Positions 1 to 14,500 of a stretch of 64,000 nucleotides of DNA are shown piece after piece (position 1 is the first letter of the stretch; each line of letters starts with the position of its first letter). Origin of the DNA: Mytilus trossulus (lineage: Eukaryota); NCBI RefSeq assembly GCF_036588685.1, contig NC_086375.1:10292001-10356000 (forward strand). Reading direction: 5' to 3'. Under the pieces are notes generated by a model. That model was not told where the DNA came from, made no database searches, and was given only the letters and a program-made list of their open reading frames with translations. A program made the translations under genes and the position numbers.

Positions 1-1117
1 AAATCATTTTCTCCGATGTTCTATTTTAGCCATAGAAGCAGTTTCTTGACATACAAGGAAATAAAATATAAAATTTATACAAGATACTATGAAACTCATT
101 CAGCCTAAGTTTGGCTGAAATTGATACAGCAGTTTCAAAGGAGAAGAAAAATGTAAGGCAACATGATGAACAAATTGTGAAAAAAATCTTTAAAGGGCAA
201 TAACTCCTTAAGGGGTCAATTGACAATTTTGGTCAGATAGACTTATTTGTAGAACTTACTTTGCTGAACATTATTGCTCACTTTAAAGTTTATCTCTATC
301 TATAATAATATTCAAGATAATGACCAAAAACAGCAAAATTTCCTTAAAATTATCAATTCAGGGGCAGCAACCCAACAACAGGTTGTCTGATTCATCTGAA
401 AATTTCAGGGCAGATAGATCTTGACCTGATTAACAATGATACCCCATGTCAGATTTGCTCTAAATGCTTTGGTTTTTGAGTTATAAGCCAAAAACTGCAT
501 TTGACCCCTATGTTCTATTTTTAGTAATGGCGACCATGTTTGTTGATAGATCAAAACTTTGGATACAATTTATAAACTAGATACCCTAAGGAACATTCAG
601 TTAAAGTTTGGAAATATTTTGCCCAGTAGTTTCAGAGGAGAAGATTTTTGTAAAAGATAACTAAGATTTACAAAAAATGGTTAAAAATTGACTATAAAGG
701 GCAATAATTCTTAAAGGGGTCAACTGACCATTTCGGTCATGTTGACTTATTTGTAAATCTTACTTTGCTGAACATTATTGCTGTTTACAGTTTATCTCTA
801 TCTATAATAATATTCAAGATAATAACCAAAAACAGCAAAATTTCCTTAAAATTACCAATTCAGGGGCAGCAACCCAACAACGGGTTGTCTGATTCATCTG
901 AAAATTTCAGGGCAGATAGATCTTGACCTGATAAACAATATTACCCCATGTCAGTTTTGCTCTAAATTCTTTGGTTTTTGAGTTATAGAAGTATTTGGCC
1001 CAGTAGTTTCAGAGGAGAAGATTCTCGAAATAGTTTACGACGACAGACGACGACGACAGACGCCAAGTGATGGCATAAGCTCACCTGGCCTTCCCTTCGG
1101 GCCAGGTGAGCTAAAAA
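1..1117 (-). mobile_element. HINE/DINE-like (Helentron-associated non-autonomous) element, family A, truncated by the window edge
   Basis: The terminus GCTCACCTGGCC...GGCCAGGTGAGCTAAAAA (about 1078-1117) is followed inward by a (GAC)n microsatellite (about 1037-1062) and about 502-bp internal tandem repeats (301 vs 803). It is the reverse complement of the complete copy at 38614-40276. Confidence 0.8.
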
Positions 1118-4100
1118 TAATGTGCCATGAAGGTAGCTTACACAGTGCAGGATCCTATTTTTTATATATGTGCATTGAAAGGAAAACTGGTTGGCAAGTT
1201 TGAATGAGATACATGTCAATTTTTACACAACGAAAGTTCTTATAACCTATTTTCCCATCTTGTACCAAATATTTGTTTAGCATGACTGTTTTACATGTAT
1301 TTATCAGGTTCTATTGAAAATTGAAATTGTTTTCCATTTTGAAATGGATCTACTTATATTTTCTTAAATGTTTTTTTTTAAAGCATCATTTATACTAGGT
1401 CTTCAATTGTTCATTTTTTTACCCTTGATGTACATGTAAATAAAGAATATATAGACCATCATCTCAAGCTTGAATGATTCAAATAATATTGGAAAAGTAA
1501 ATATGTTTCTGAATTTTGCATCCGACATGCTAGTTTTTTAAAAAGTGTAAACATAATTAACACTTTTCTACTCCTCTTGAGTTTTTGGTTAAGACTTCAG
1601 TTAGTTAAGTATGAGTTAGCAAAGCTATGTTGGCGGGCCGGGCTGCCCTGTCAGATGTTTGCTTAAATAATTATGACATCTTGGAAGGCTATATTGGGTT
1701 CCTTTGTGCAGAAAAAATATCCATTCAAGACATCTCAATTATTTAGACGATCCTAGGCTATGTCAGTATGTGTAACTGTAAGCTTAGTCTTCTTTTTTTA
1801 ATAATAAAATAGTGTATCTTGACTAAAAATACTAAATAATTACATGAAAAAGATATGGATACCACTTACCTGTAAGAGGGTCTACCTAATATTTTTAAGA
1901 AGGGAACCTTACACCTGGGTCAAGTATAATAGTACTAGTAGTCCAAGCCTAAAACATGCGATGGCTGAAATTATGAGAAGAAAACTTTTTTTTTGTTTCA
2001 CTTTGGGTGTCCACACTTTCTATTGCTACAAGGAAGAAGAATGAACTGTTTTCAAAGAAGCCAACATTATTGCATATCAAAAAGTGTGAAACAAAAATAA
2101 TTATTAAACTTACACCCATTTTTAACTGTTTAGCGTGTTATTGGTTTAGTTTGTAAACTGGCAGTGTGATTTCCCGCAAATTTTGTTGTACAAGGGGAGA
2201 TAATATTTCTTTTTCTAGTATCCGGAAAAAAACTGGAAATAAGCAAGTTTTTTTTCCACGGAATTCGAGGAGGTTTTATAAATTGTATTTACAGATTTTA
2301 TTCAGTCTTGAACGGCCAGTGCCTGTCAGTAAGTCGGCCAAGGCATCATAGTTTCGCGCTTATACTATGCTATAAATATTTTGTCAACTTTGAAAATTTC
2401 CCTGCTTTTACTGAAGTTTGATCTTCAGTTTCATCCGCCTGAGATGAAAATGTTCTTATTATTCTTAGTCATAGATGTCCGTGACACCCAAATCAGTCTA
2501 TGGGTATTACATCTATGACTTAGTCAACATGTAGATTTTTCACTATGTTTTTTCTTCTTAAAAAAAATGTTAAAAATTACCCAATGATTTTGTATTAAAA
2601 TACTATGATGAGATGATAGATTTTTTTGGAAAATAAAAAAAAAACTGAAAATGTTTCGTCTCTGACTTCAGTTGTTCTCTTGCTACAAGTCACTGAGAAA
2701 AAAACTTGATCAGATTTTTTTTAAACCAATGATTTGTATAGTATATACAATTCCTTGTAAAAGAAACCTTTATAAAATATTCACTTTAATAGTAAATGAC
2801 TTATGGTTAAAAAATGATACAAACACTGAACCACAAATATTTGTCATTTCATATTTTGTACCCATATTTTTACTATTTTATTAATTGTGACTGTATATTT
2901 AACGCATCATGTAAATATAACGGAATTTGATGAAACTGTTATTAAAGAGAGAGGGTTAGCGCTATAGAACCAGGTTTAATCCACCATTTTCTACATTTGA
3001 AAATGCCTGTACCAAGTCAGGAATATGACAGTTCTTGTCTATTCGTTTTTGATCCGTTTTGTTATTTGATTTTGCCATGTGATTGTGGACTTTCCGTATT
3101 GATTTTCCTCTGAGTTCAGTATTTTTGTGATTTTACTTTTTTCTTGTGAATCACAATTAAAAACGAAGAAAAGACCATTGATTATCAAAGAGTTACGGTC
3201 AATTTCTCTTGTATGCGTTTCGCTGTGCGGGACATGATCATTATAAGCTGGACATATCAAAATAGGAGAAGTTAAAGCTACTGGAATTTTGTATCATACA
3301 GATTCAGTACATAGTTCGTCATATCAAGTACAACAATTGAACAGACATATTGTTATAATATTCAAATGTTCTGAAACATTTCTTGAAATTGGATTTATTC
3401 TAATACATATAAAAAATTGTCAAATGTCACAAGTAATGGAAAAAAATTGCATCTGTGGGTTTGTTTTTTTATGTACAGAAGTTGTTAACGATACTGTCCT
3501 CAAATATGTCACCATCTATCAAATTCGCTATCTTCATATTAACTTCATAATTTTGTTATCTGTTTATTGCTATATGTGTTTCATTATTCTACATTGGCTA
3601 GTATAGCTATAGGGGAGGGTTGAACAAGATCTCACAAAACATGTTTAACCCGTCGCATTTTTGCGCTTGTCCCAAGTCAGAAGCCTCTGATTTTGAAATT
3701 CATGTATGGTTTTTGATTTTAGTTCATTTTTATGTTTTGGAGTTTAGTGTGACGTCCATTTTCAATGAAATAGTACACAATTTTATAAAGGTGCCAGCTG
3801 AGGTGAGGACCACATCTGGGTGCGGGATTGTCTCTTAAAGTTTGTGTTGGAGACCCATTGGTGGCCTTCGGCTGTTAATTGTCACTCTTTGGTCGGGTGG
3901 TTGTCTCTTTGACATATTTCCGATTCCTATTCCCAATATTATTAGAAATAAGCCATGCTGTGCGTTTAGATAAAGATTAAGTGAAACTTTTACAAACGGG
4001 AAACACAATCTTGTTAAAACCCCGAGCTCTCATAGCTACCGTTTTCTGCGGGTATGTCGAGTGAACAAGAGCGTCGAGAAATCGGTTGGGATTAGATTGG

Positions 4101-4598
4101 TGGTAACATTTCTTTATCAACACTTTGTTTGATCCAAAATTAGTGCAACAAATCTTATGAACCGAAAACTGGTGCGGCTTTATATGCACATCGATTCCAA
4201 AGTTACTAATCTACTTCTTGAGCCAAGTTCTGCATTTGGGAAATGATCAATAAATTTAAGCACTCCATGCATATCCGATTCAAATTAATCCCTTTAACCG
4301 TTTATTAACACTTGTTCATTTAAGTATTTTGTAATTAATGTGTGCAAGATATTAGATAAAAAGAACAATTCTTTTATCCAGTTGTCATCGCCAGTCTTTT
4401 AACTAGCCTTGTTGGTGGTAACAAGTGTTTTTGAGAAATGTGCTATAGCCATGGGGAGGGGAAAAAATCGAATGCAAAGGTTGATGGACACAATGAAATG
4501 GTCAAGGTAAGCTACAAAAATATTTGCAAATCTGCTTTTTAATTAATTCAATATTAAGAAGTATGTCCGCTGAAAAAAATATCGTCTAACTGACAATC

Positions 4599-5147
4599 TG
4601 TGACAATATGATAGGCGAAAAATATATATATAAATATATATAAAATATATTTATATTTATATTGATGATTATATATTCTTAAAATGTTTATTAAATTGAA
4701 TAAAATAAATACAGGGGAATATCTATTAAGAAAATCATGACCTTGTAAAAGGTTGTTCAATTGACCGCTACTGCATATGAAATATTTACATGCAGATCAT
4801 GAGGTGACATGTAACAATTAGTTAAACACTGGACATACGTGTATTGCATACCATGTGGAGACATGTAGCAATAACAATTAGTTAAAACACTGGACATGCG
4901 TGTATTCTTTGATCATTAATTTCCAGGTTGGCCAAAACATGTCAATTAGAGTCAACTTAATAGATATTCATCCCTGTATCTTTTAATTTAAGACTATAAT
5001 GGTCAAATTAATAGAAACCTTGACACTGTTTATATTCTGTATATATACTTGTGTATTTTACTGTATTAAGGAGACCGTCCGTTATGGACACTGGTCCAGA
5101 CGGGCTTGAATAAACTACTATTCCAAATAACCATGTGTTGTGTCACA
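4599..5147 (+). repeat. 5' LTR
   Basis: TG...CA termini, AATAAA near its 3' end (about 5109), and identical by eye to 8325-8873. Confidence 0.93.
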
Positions 5148-5790
5148 TGTGGCTATTTTTGGTTAACCGTGACCAAAGGATATTAAGGTAAAGTGACTTT
5201 TTATTTGATACTCTTTACTTAATTTCTCAAAATGGCTACACAAGAATTTAATGCAGGGTCTGTTTTTCAAAATTTAGAAACACAAGTTCAAAGTTTCACT
5301 CTAAAGGTATTTAAAAAAGACATTAATTCGATTGAAAGCTTTGATGGTTCAAAATCAGACAAATTAGGAATAGGTGTATCAGATGTGAGCACAATTGTTC
5401 ATGATCAATTTGCTGATTAACTCATTAAAAAAAATGTTTATCAGATAATGTTTTGTTTTTTTAAGCGAAAATGTAGATATTTTTTTATTTTTCTTATAAA
5501 TCAATGGTGAAGGTTTTATTTTTTTTATTGATTTTTTTTTATGTAATCATTATGATAAGGGTGAAGGTACTTATGATAGGTATTTGATTGTTTTAGTCAA
5601 TATAAAAGACTGGCAACTTTGTAGGTATTTGATAGTATAAGTCAATATATAAGTTTTGCGTACATATTGTAATGATATAATGAGAAGTTTTTATATGCAG
5701 TTTTTTTAAAAGACAGAATAGATATTTAAATAAGAAAAAAACAACATTTGAATATTAATATTTAAGAATTAAATAAAAATAGGTAAAAAT

Positions 5791-5858
5791 ATTTTAAAGA
5801 TGTTGGTTATATTTTAAAGATGTTGGTTATATTTTAAAGATGTTGGTTATATTTTAAA
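5791..5858. repeat. 20-bp tandem repeat (ATTTTAAAGATGTTGGTTAT), about 3.4 copies, inside the LTR element
   Basis: Directly visible tandem copies. Confidence 0.85.
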
Positions 5859-7610
5859 GTATTTAAATGCACGAATAATGATGATATCAAAACATTTAAT
5901 ATATCTTGATTTTGAATATAATAATTTAATTTTTGATTCATATTTTGATCTGTTTTCTGAAGAGACAATCTGTAATTCTAAAATATGCGCGCCTATATAC
6001 ATTGGTATAAGAAAGTTTCATAAGAACACTTTTGGCGACGGATTTAAGGGTATTTCTGCGATGTTATAATCATATGGTTGTTCAAATATGGTTGACGCAG
6101 TTTGGTAAGTGCGTAAGCACATTTGTTTAGAGAAACAAAATATTCTATGGTATTTAGAATCCAAACCTTTATTTTCGCACAGTTATTGTGGTATTTTTAA
6201 AGAATTACGGACCTATCTTAAGAAAATAGCATCTACATGATTAAAATTGATATAATTGGTAAGTCCACTCTTAGGGAAATGTAGGGTTTTATAAGTTTTA
6301 TAAGTATTGACAGTTTTAGCGATAGATAAAATGTAGGATTATTTATAGAGAACATAAATCTATAGTGAGGGTTAAAAATGAAAATGTTTTCATAGAAAAC
6401 ATTTTAGGATTTAAAATATGGAAATAAGTATCATATGATTAATCGTTATAAACAATGACGCGATACATCTTCCGCAAATATTTTAATGTGATGCTGATTG
6501 AATTAAATGAAAATTAGCAAACCAAAAAAAAAAATAAAAAAATAATGAGAAAACATAAAGGAACATAGGTCATCTATAAATTCCAGTTTAAGGGATATGA
6601 CAAATGATAATAGTTCTGATAGACATAATTTAGAAAGTAGTCAAAATATATATGTTGATGAAATTATAATTCAAAAGAAGTCATAAGTCTAAAAGAAAGA
6701 CGAATTAACTTTAAGTTTTCTCTCAAACATTTCTTGTTATCTTCATAAAATGAACGACTTACATGTCGTAGAAGTAGGCTTCGTGATAATAAATAAATAT
6801 ATGTGTATATAAGATAATTTTGTTTTTATTAATCATTCTAATTCTCGCTTCAGATTGCTCGCTGAAAAATTGTTGATTGTTAAGAAATTCTATAAATATC
6901 AGTAATCTCTGAATCACAGCTTTGTTTATGAAAAAGGAAGGAAAGTGTTGGTTGAATGTCAAACCTTTATTAAACAATTTTTCAGTACTAATACTAGAGA
7001 AAAGTTTATCTTATTAGTTTATTGTTTTTGTATTTGAGTTTAATTTTTTTATTCTTATTTTAAATAGATAACATATCGATACTTTATTTTTTCAAAACTG
7101 AAGCAGTTAGAACTTGAGAACGACTTTGAACTATCAAATTAAGTAAATGCATTAATTCATTAATTTATTTTTGTTGCTATATTTATAGGTATTTGTTATC
7201 AAAATATTCTTAAGTTTAATAATAGGTGTTTAGCCAAGAGAATTTAGTAATAGAGAGATTCAAATAGTCACACGATACCTTGGTGGCAATCAAATGGTGT
7301 CAACTGATGTTGAGGGCGATGGTACTGCCTACAGAGATGTTGAAATAGCTTCTGCACCATTACTAGAACCAGCCACTAAGAACCATTATCCAGTAGTGGA
7401 TATTGGCTTTGATCATTGGACACAACGCAGACGTTTAGATGTACATAAAACTATACGATCACATAACTTTATATTGGTAGAGGGAATCGTTCTACAGCAT
7501 CACAGGTAGATTTTCCTGTAATGTTTCAGCCGGTGATAACTGAGCAACCTAGTCAGGGACTCTGAATTAACAGAGTAGGTAAGCTAGGTCAGTTAGGAGT
7601 AAATCAACAA

Positions 7611-7961
7611 CGGATGGTGGATCACATGAAGTACGGATGGTGGATCACATGGAGAACAGATGGTGGATCACATGAAGTACGGCTGGTGGATCACATGAAG
7701 GTTGGATGGTGGATCACATGAAAGACGGATGGTGGATCACATGAAGAACGGATGGTGGATCACATGAAGGACGGATGGTGGATTACATGAAGTACGGATG
7801 GTGGATCACATGAAGGACGGATGGTGGATCACATGAAGTACGGATGGTGGATCACATGAAGGACGGATGGTGGATCACATGAAGTACGGATGGTGGATCA
7901 CATGAAGTACGGATGGTGGATACGTCGAAGTTATAAACGACGAATGGTGGATCACATGCAA
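7611..7961. repeat. 23-bp minisatellite (CGGATGGTGGATCACATGAAGTA), about 14 copies, inside the LTR element
   Basis: Directly visible, with variable last 3-4 bases per unit. Confidence 0.92.
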
Positions 7962-8324
7962 GTCGGAATGATTGCAGAACTTCTAAATGACGGGAATTGG
8001 TGTCGCAGATAAACAAATGAATTGTTGGAGTTGACAACGACGATCAGAGGAGCAGTTCACTGGAGTCGGGGTTATGAAGACGGTCAGCAGTTGATGGTTG
8101 CGCCTTTTTCTAGGAATAAGAAGTTCCAATAGATGATGTTACGAACTTAGTTATTCACACAAGAATTGTATGAACTATACATTGCTGAACATTCAGATGT
8201 TGTTGAACTTTTGAAATGATTTTATTTATGAATATTTTTGTTTTTTTTAGGGAAATTTGCAAGCATTCATATTGTCACCGATTTTAACTAAAATATAAAT
8301 TATATTTCTTAAGAAAGGGAGGAA

Positions 8325-8873
8325 TGTGACAATATGATAGGCGAAAAATATATATATAAATATATATAAAATATATTTATATTTATATTGATGATTATAT
8401 ATTCTTAAAATGTTTATTAAATTGAATAAAATAAATACAGGGGAATATCTATTAAGAAAATCATGACCTTGTAAAAGGTTGTTCAATTGACCGCTACTGC
8501 ATATGAAATATTTACATGCAGATCATGAGGTGACATGTAACAATTAGTTAAACACTGGACATACGTGTATTGCATACCATGTGGAGACATGTAGCAATAA
8601 CAATTAGTTAAAACACTGGACATGCGTGTATTCTTTGATCATTAATTTCCAGGTTGGCCAAAACATGTCAATTAGAGTCAACTTAATAGATATTCATCCC
8701 TGTATCTTTTAATTTAAGACTATAATGGTCAAATTAATAGAAACCTTGACACTGTTTATATTCTGTATATATACTTGTGTATTTTACTGTATTAAGGAGA
8801 CCGTCCGTTATGGACACTGGTCCAGACGGGCTTGAATAAACTACTATTCCAAATAACCATGTGTTGTGTCACA
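8325..8873 (+). repeat. 3' LTR
   Basis: Preceded by the polypurine tract and followed by the TSD AATC. Confidence 0.93.
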
Positions 8874-9401
8874 AATCTGACTGTGATCTCGAAAACTAGT
8901 TTAACTGAGTCATATGTCATTTACATGTCCTAAGTTCTGGACTTCTTAAGTGGCCACCTTTGCAGTATTTGTGCGCAAATGTCATTTAGGCATTTGATAT
9001 TGATGGCATATCAAACATTGTCAAATATATAAACACAAGTGAAGATACATCGTGTTTTTTTACTGAAGCTCGATATATTGTTTATATACACATGCCTATT
9101 ACTGAAGCACAGGCACTTAATTGTCTCTGAAAAACATACCAATAAAAGTTATATTAAAGTATATAGGTATTTAAGACTCTATGTTGACCTCTATAGATGC
9201 TAGAAATGACTTTTTTGTTCTTATATCATGTCTTCTGTCGTCTCTATATTAACTGTGCATACTTATCAACTGACGTTTAAAGCAGGAATGCTAACTGTCG
9301 CTTCCGGTGCTTATGTAGTCTTTAGTTTATTCTGTAGTGTTTTGTAGATTGGTTTTGTAACTCGTATTTATAATCTTTTTTTTGTTTGTCTCACGATTGT
9401 A

Positions 9402-9692
9402 TTGGTCTCCCTTTGATATCATCTGACTATTTTTCTACTCAGTCTCGGGGACATTATAGCGCCGTTATACAACAAAGTTTACAGCAAGCACTTGTCAATC
9501 GTAGATACAATAAGGTATGGCGATCGTTTGGTTATGTTCTGATGTTGGGTTGCGGTTTTGTTGGTCTCCCTTTGATATCCTCTGAATATTTTTCTACTCA
9601 GTCTCGGGGAAATTATAGCGCCGTTATACAACAATGTTTACAGCAAGCACTTGCCAATCGTAGATACAATCAGGTATGGCGATCGTTTGGTT
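9402..9692 (+). repeat. 159-bp tandem duplication; each copy contains an exon-like 72-nt unit (9443-9514, 9602-9673)
   Basis: Two near-identical copies, each with a TTTTTCTACTCAG acceptor-like and an AG|GTATGG donor-like boundary. Confidence 0.75.
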
Positions 9693-11223
9693 GGGTTGCG
9701 GTTTTGTTGATTTTGTCCAACAACAACCTTCGATACTGTCTACTTCGTTCAAAGTTAAACACATTTTTGCAAGGAAATAAAACTCAATGCAGGTGAACTG
9801 AAATCTTATAAATGCAACTCAACGTGAGATTTAGGAAATTACAATTGGAAGGTGTTTATAAGATTAAAAATAATGCATTAATTAGTAGGCCAAGTTTTGT
9901 ATTGTAAATGACTCACGGAAGGTTCAAACTTGTTCAAAGAAGAATAAAAATCCAAATAGGGGAGAAATGACGTCCTAATATCGGTTTGTGAATATCTAGC
10001 ACCCTTTCTGACTTTTAAGACATAAAAAGTTACTAAATTCAAATATCTAGCTTTTCAGAGTATAAAAAAAATCAAAATCCTGTGAAGATGCCCACATCTT
10101 TTATATGTGTAGAAACTTCTAAACAAAGTATCAAAGTTATGACTAAAACTATGTAGCAGGAGATAGCCGGACAAACCATGGTCTCTTTAGCAGCTAGTAC
10201 CAGTCAAATGCTCTTTAAATGTGTAGGATAAATCGCTTCCAAGTACTGACTATTTTAATCAGTTGTATTGTGTACCAGGAGACAGGAGATGAACAGTTTT
10301 AACAATACGATTTAATGTTTTAAAATATCAAAACGCTACTTATAGTGTGTGCCGACATAGAGAATGCAAATAGCCAGTCTCGACCACAATTATGGGAATG
10401 AGGTGTTCGGTGTTGTATTTTCTCGTTTTACTATTCTCATTTTACGCAAAAGTCGAAAGATACGAAAGGGATGGTCAAACTCATAAGTCAAAACAAACTG
10501 ACAATGCCATGGCCAACAAGGAACACGACAAACAGACAAGCAACAGTTCACAAAACACAACACAGAAAAGTAAAGACTGAAAAACACGAACCCTATCCCC
10601 CGCCTTAAAAAACGGGGTTGATCTAAAGGGTTAAGGAATGATGAAAAAATCCTGCTCCACACATGTGGCACCCGTCATGTACTCAAAATGAGAATATATA
10701 AAACAAGGAGACCGATTTTCAAAAATATTTGACAGAATATTGGTTAATTGGTTCCATAAAAGTTGTTTCACAATTTAATTTCAAGTTTTCAATGTATAAT
10801 CGGGTGTTTGAATGTGTACATTCCACCCTCTTTGTACTGTTGTTTAATCCGAGTCTACGTAAAGGACCACCAGACAAATCGACTTAATATGATAATCCCT
10901 TGTAATAAAAATTAATCTCTTTTTTCATGTGTGCGTGGTGCACATGTATGTTGCACCTAATTAATAGCAAGAGGAACGGTCGGAGATTAATCCGTAAAAA
11001 GGTTTAAGCTAGCTTTTGTAATACCCGCTTGAATACCTTTCAATAACGGTAGTTAAGATCTATTGAAATTTAATCTAAGGTAAAATGGAGTCGCATTCAA
11101 GATTAATATTTACTAAATTGAACTAAAAATTAAATTTAAATTTGTCAATTTTTCCGGTAGTTTGTCATTTATTAATAAAATAAACACCAATATATCAATA
11201 AGGTATTCTTCTTCGCTTTAATC

Positions 11224-11237
11224 ATTGTCCTAGTAAC
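11224..11237 (+). promoter_or_regulatory. Possible RFX X-box upstream of the uncharacterised gene
   Basis: ATTGTC-CT-AGTAAC fits the degenerate RYYNYY(N0-3)RRNRAC consensus, about 275 bp upstream of the ATG at 11512. The motif is degenerate and may be a chance match. Confidence 0.3.
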
Positions 11238-11511
11238 TTTTATCCGGTCTCAAAGCCCCCTAAAATTAATAAACTGGCCCAAATTATCGTATACTTCTAC
11301 TTGATAGTATAGAGAACTATGAATAATCTTGGAGGTTTAAATTGTGTTGATAAATTCAACTAAAAATCTACAACAATAAAAGGTATATTTATGATATAAG
11401 AAGAAAACTTTCACTGGACAAATGATAAACGTCGAAGCGTGAAGATCGATTGAAAACATTGGATATTAATTGAAATTAAACTCGCATTTGACAACACAGA
11501 ACTTTAACAAG

Positions 11512-14500
11512 ATGGCAGGACAAATTCGACGACCATATACTTCATATGAAATGAGAGGCTATGATATGTAAGTTCGTTTTACTGTTACAAGATCATATTT
11601 TTATCTGTCCTATATATATATCATATACACAGTTATTAATGCACTTTTTATATGTGGAACATAAAATGTACGGCAGCTAAATAACAAAATAGAAGGACTA
11701 TTGAACGGAATGCCGAGACTACTATAACACGTTGTATTTCAGGGGTATGATAGTGCTAGTCTTTGATATAGTGACTTGGTTCATGGGAGAGTGTTTTTGG
11801 TATAAGTACAAGCCGATGGCTTGGTTTATGGGGTGGGTTTTTGAGTATGAGTATACGAGATAATTATTTGATATGTGGAATATTATTTTTAGTAGAAGTA
11901 CAAGTGGTAACTTGGTATCTTGGATGAGGTTCCGGGTATAGGATTTTCAACATATATATTTGTTTCGCCTTACAGGAGTTCCCCTGGAAAATATGTTTGG
12001 AAGGTGTTTTAGGTGATGTGGAATTGGGACGTACTATCCCATCGTTTAAAAAGAGGACCTCGTAAACTATCTTACGAAGTCTATTCTTAAATCAAAACTT
12101 TTGTCTACTCGTTGCAATTTTTTCATGATTTGTTCATATAAGTAAAGTTATTATTTTGTCGTACAGGGAAACGAATTGTTAGATGTACGAAATAGTTATA
12201 ACGTATTATGTGCATGATAAAGCAGTGTGATATGTATGGTGTAGGGGGTTTGAGTATAGGGACTTGGTTGTTTAAGGGAATCTTTTGGCTGAATAATGAT
12301 TAAATTGTATACAGTATGTGAATATGATGTATTTGGCAGGATTATCATGCAGAAAATAGACGGTCAATTGGTCGTAACTACATTTACAAGTCTCCGGCTT
12401 AGACTCATTGTACTAATACAAGACTCATCTTTCTTGATCTCAATATTTTGATTAAAGAAAGTAGAACGTACTATACAATTGTCCAATGGTTTATCCAGGG
12501 GGGGGGGGGTCCGTTGGTTGAAATCCCTTTTTTGTGGACGATCAACGCATTTGAATGGAGACATACTGTTTGAACCTGCATTTTATCCTTGGAACATCCG
12601 GGCTTTTATATAAGTATTACAAACGAAAAACACTTGTAAAACAATACTTTATTAAAGAATGCTCATGACAACTCACTGAACGTACTTGATCTGTTGTTAT
12701 AAAAATCAAGCGTACAACGTCATGTTTGTTCGCAAATATTCAACTCCTTTATATATTCAATATCGTTTGCAATATTTGTAACGTGCAGAAATCTGCTTTT
12801 TATGACTTTCTGAAATGATTCAAGAAATGATTGAAAGAATCGTAACCCAGAAAAAACCCCACTTTCATGCTACATTCGGAAAAGATCAAAGATATATAAA
12901 ACTAATTAAAGTTCCAATGATATTATACAATATATTTCACCTATACTTTTCATGGTACAGCAATTACAAGTAAAAAAATAAACTTTTTTTACTATTCAAC
13001 ACTTGATAGAGTTTAAAGTTTACAAAGCAATTTTAATTTATATAATTCAAAAAGAAAACTTTTGAATAAACACTTATCAGACTGTACAGAGTTAATGGAT
13101 CGGAAGTATTCAATATACTTAAAAAAACTTTAGACACTTTTCTTGTACAGTTTATATGTATGGAAAGTAAAATTTACATTTGCTGTATGCATGTTAAGCG
13201 CTATATAAACACTTCAAATAAAATATTATTCAACATTTTGTTTCTGATGACGTGTTAAATTGATTGGACAAGTCTATTATCCATAATCACGTTCTAAAGA
13301 TCAATTTTATAACAGACCAAAATATCAATTTTAACATTAAATATTTACATAATGGTTTGTGAATTCGTTTTTTCCCAATTGAGAGCATGCAATATATCAA
13401 ATATTTGTTTGAACTCGAGGAATAGCGTATTTGGTATGTTCGTTTCAGCCGTCTGCTACACAGATGGCAATGCACTGTCCAAAAAGGGTTTGAACCAGGA
13501 GCAACAATATATATGGATCGTTTAGTAGAATCAGATTGGAACGTTAACTGACTGTCAACGTCGGTCGCAATGCTATATAAAAATGCCAATAACAGATATG
13601 ATACAATACAAAAAGAAGAATCGAAATGGGTTTTCTGTGCGTGTGGGCGTGGCTGCACGCACATTGACACAACCTCTTGCATATAAGCAGTACGAACCAA
13701 ATCACGGTTCATATAGTACATTTGAAAGCTTAATCAATAAAAGTCAAATCATAGATGTATTACGGTATTACATCTATGGTCAAATAGAATTCAGTGTATA
13801 TATGTAGATTTTTTACTTTGTTATTTAATATGCGTCATGAAACTCTTCAGAAGTGTTCGTATGTGATATCTTACGGCTTTTCATTATTTGCACAATTGGG
13901 TGTCGGCAGCAGATATTTAATTGATTGTTTCTGTTAAATTGATCCACATTTTTATTTACCAATTCGGAGAGATTTTCAACTTTAATAGCATATTTTGTAC
14001 ACTCCTGTGTTTTATTGAAGACTGAAGGTTGTCCTAACTCTTGATCCCTAATTTTCCTTTGGCTGTTCTCTCATTGAACTTTACCCCAACATTTCCTTTT
14101 ATTTCTGTATAAGAAATGAAAAAGAGATTTATATATTTCTTTTGATTCAATTCGGGACGATTTACACATGTTACAGCTTAGCTGTACACGCTCTTGTGTT
14201 TTATTGAAAACCTTAGGTGTCCCTAGCTGTCGGCGCCTATTTTTTCTAAGATTGTTCTCTCATTGAACTATACCCAACAGCTCCTTTTATTTCAGTATAA
14301 CAAATCAAAAAGTGGTTTATATATTTCTTTTATAAAAACACCTGTGTGATAAATCAAACAATTAGTTTTATTTCTCATTTAAAATTATTTCAATAGTGTA
14401 TATTAAAGTTCGTCTAAAAGTTTATAATAGTTTTAATTTAATTGCATGCCTCGAGTTAAAGATCTAACATAGGTTCAGACTTTGATACGCTATAATTATC

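Larger units (their letters stand above)
4599..8873 (+). mobile_element. Non-autonomous LTR retrotransposon (Gypsy-like, LARD-type) with decayed internal region
   Basis: Two 549-bp direct repeats (4599-5147, 8325-8873) are bounded by TGTGACA...TGTCACA. The 4-bp TSD AATC lies at 4595-4598 and 8874-8877. A polypurine tract AAGAAAGGGAGGAA (8311-8324) immediately precedes the 3' LTR. There is no long internal ORF, only a short possible gag start at 5232. Confidence 0.93.

Noticed and set aside
7611-7961. CRISPR-like regular repeats
   Set aside because: The units are contiguous with no unique spacers, no cas genes are present, and the context is eukaryotic. It is a minisatellite.
4554-8486. Duplicate ORFs 4554-4760 and 8247-8486
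   Set aside because: These are antisense readings of the two LTRs.
13287-13807. Overlapping 144-aa and 74-aa ORFs
   Set aside because: They have no recognisable motif or splice support and lie in the first intron of the uncharacterised gene.
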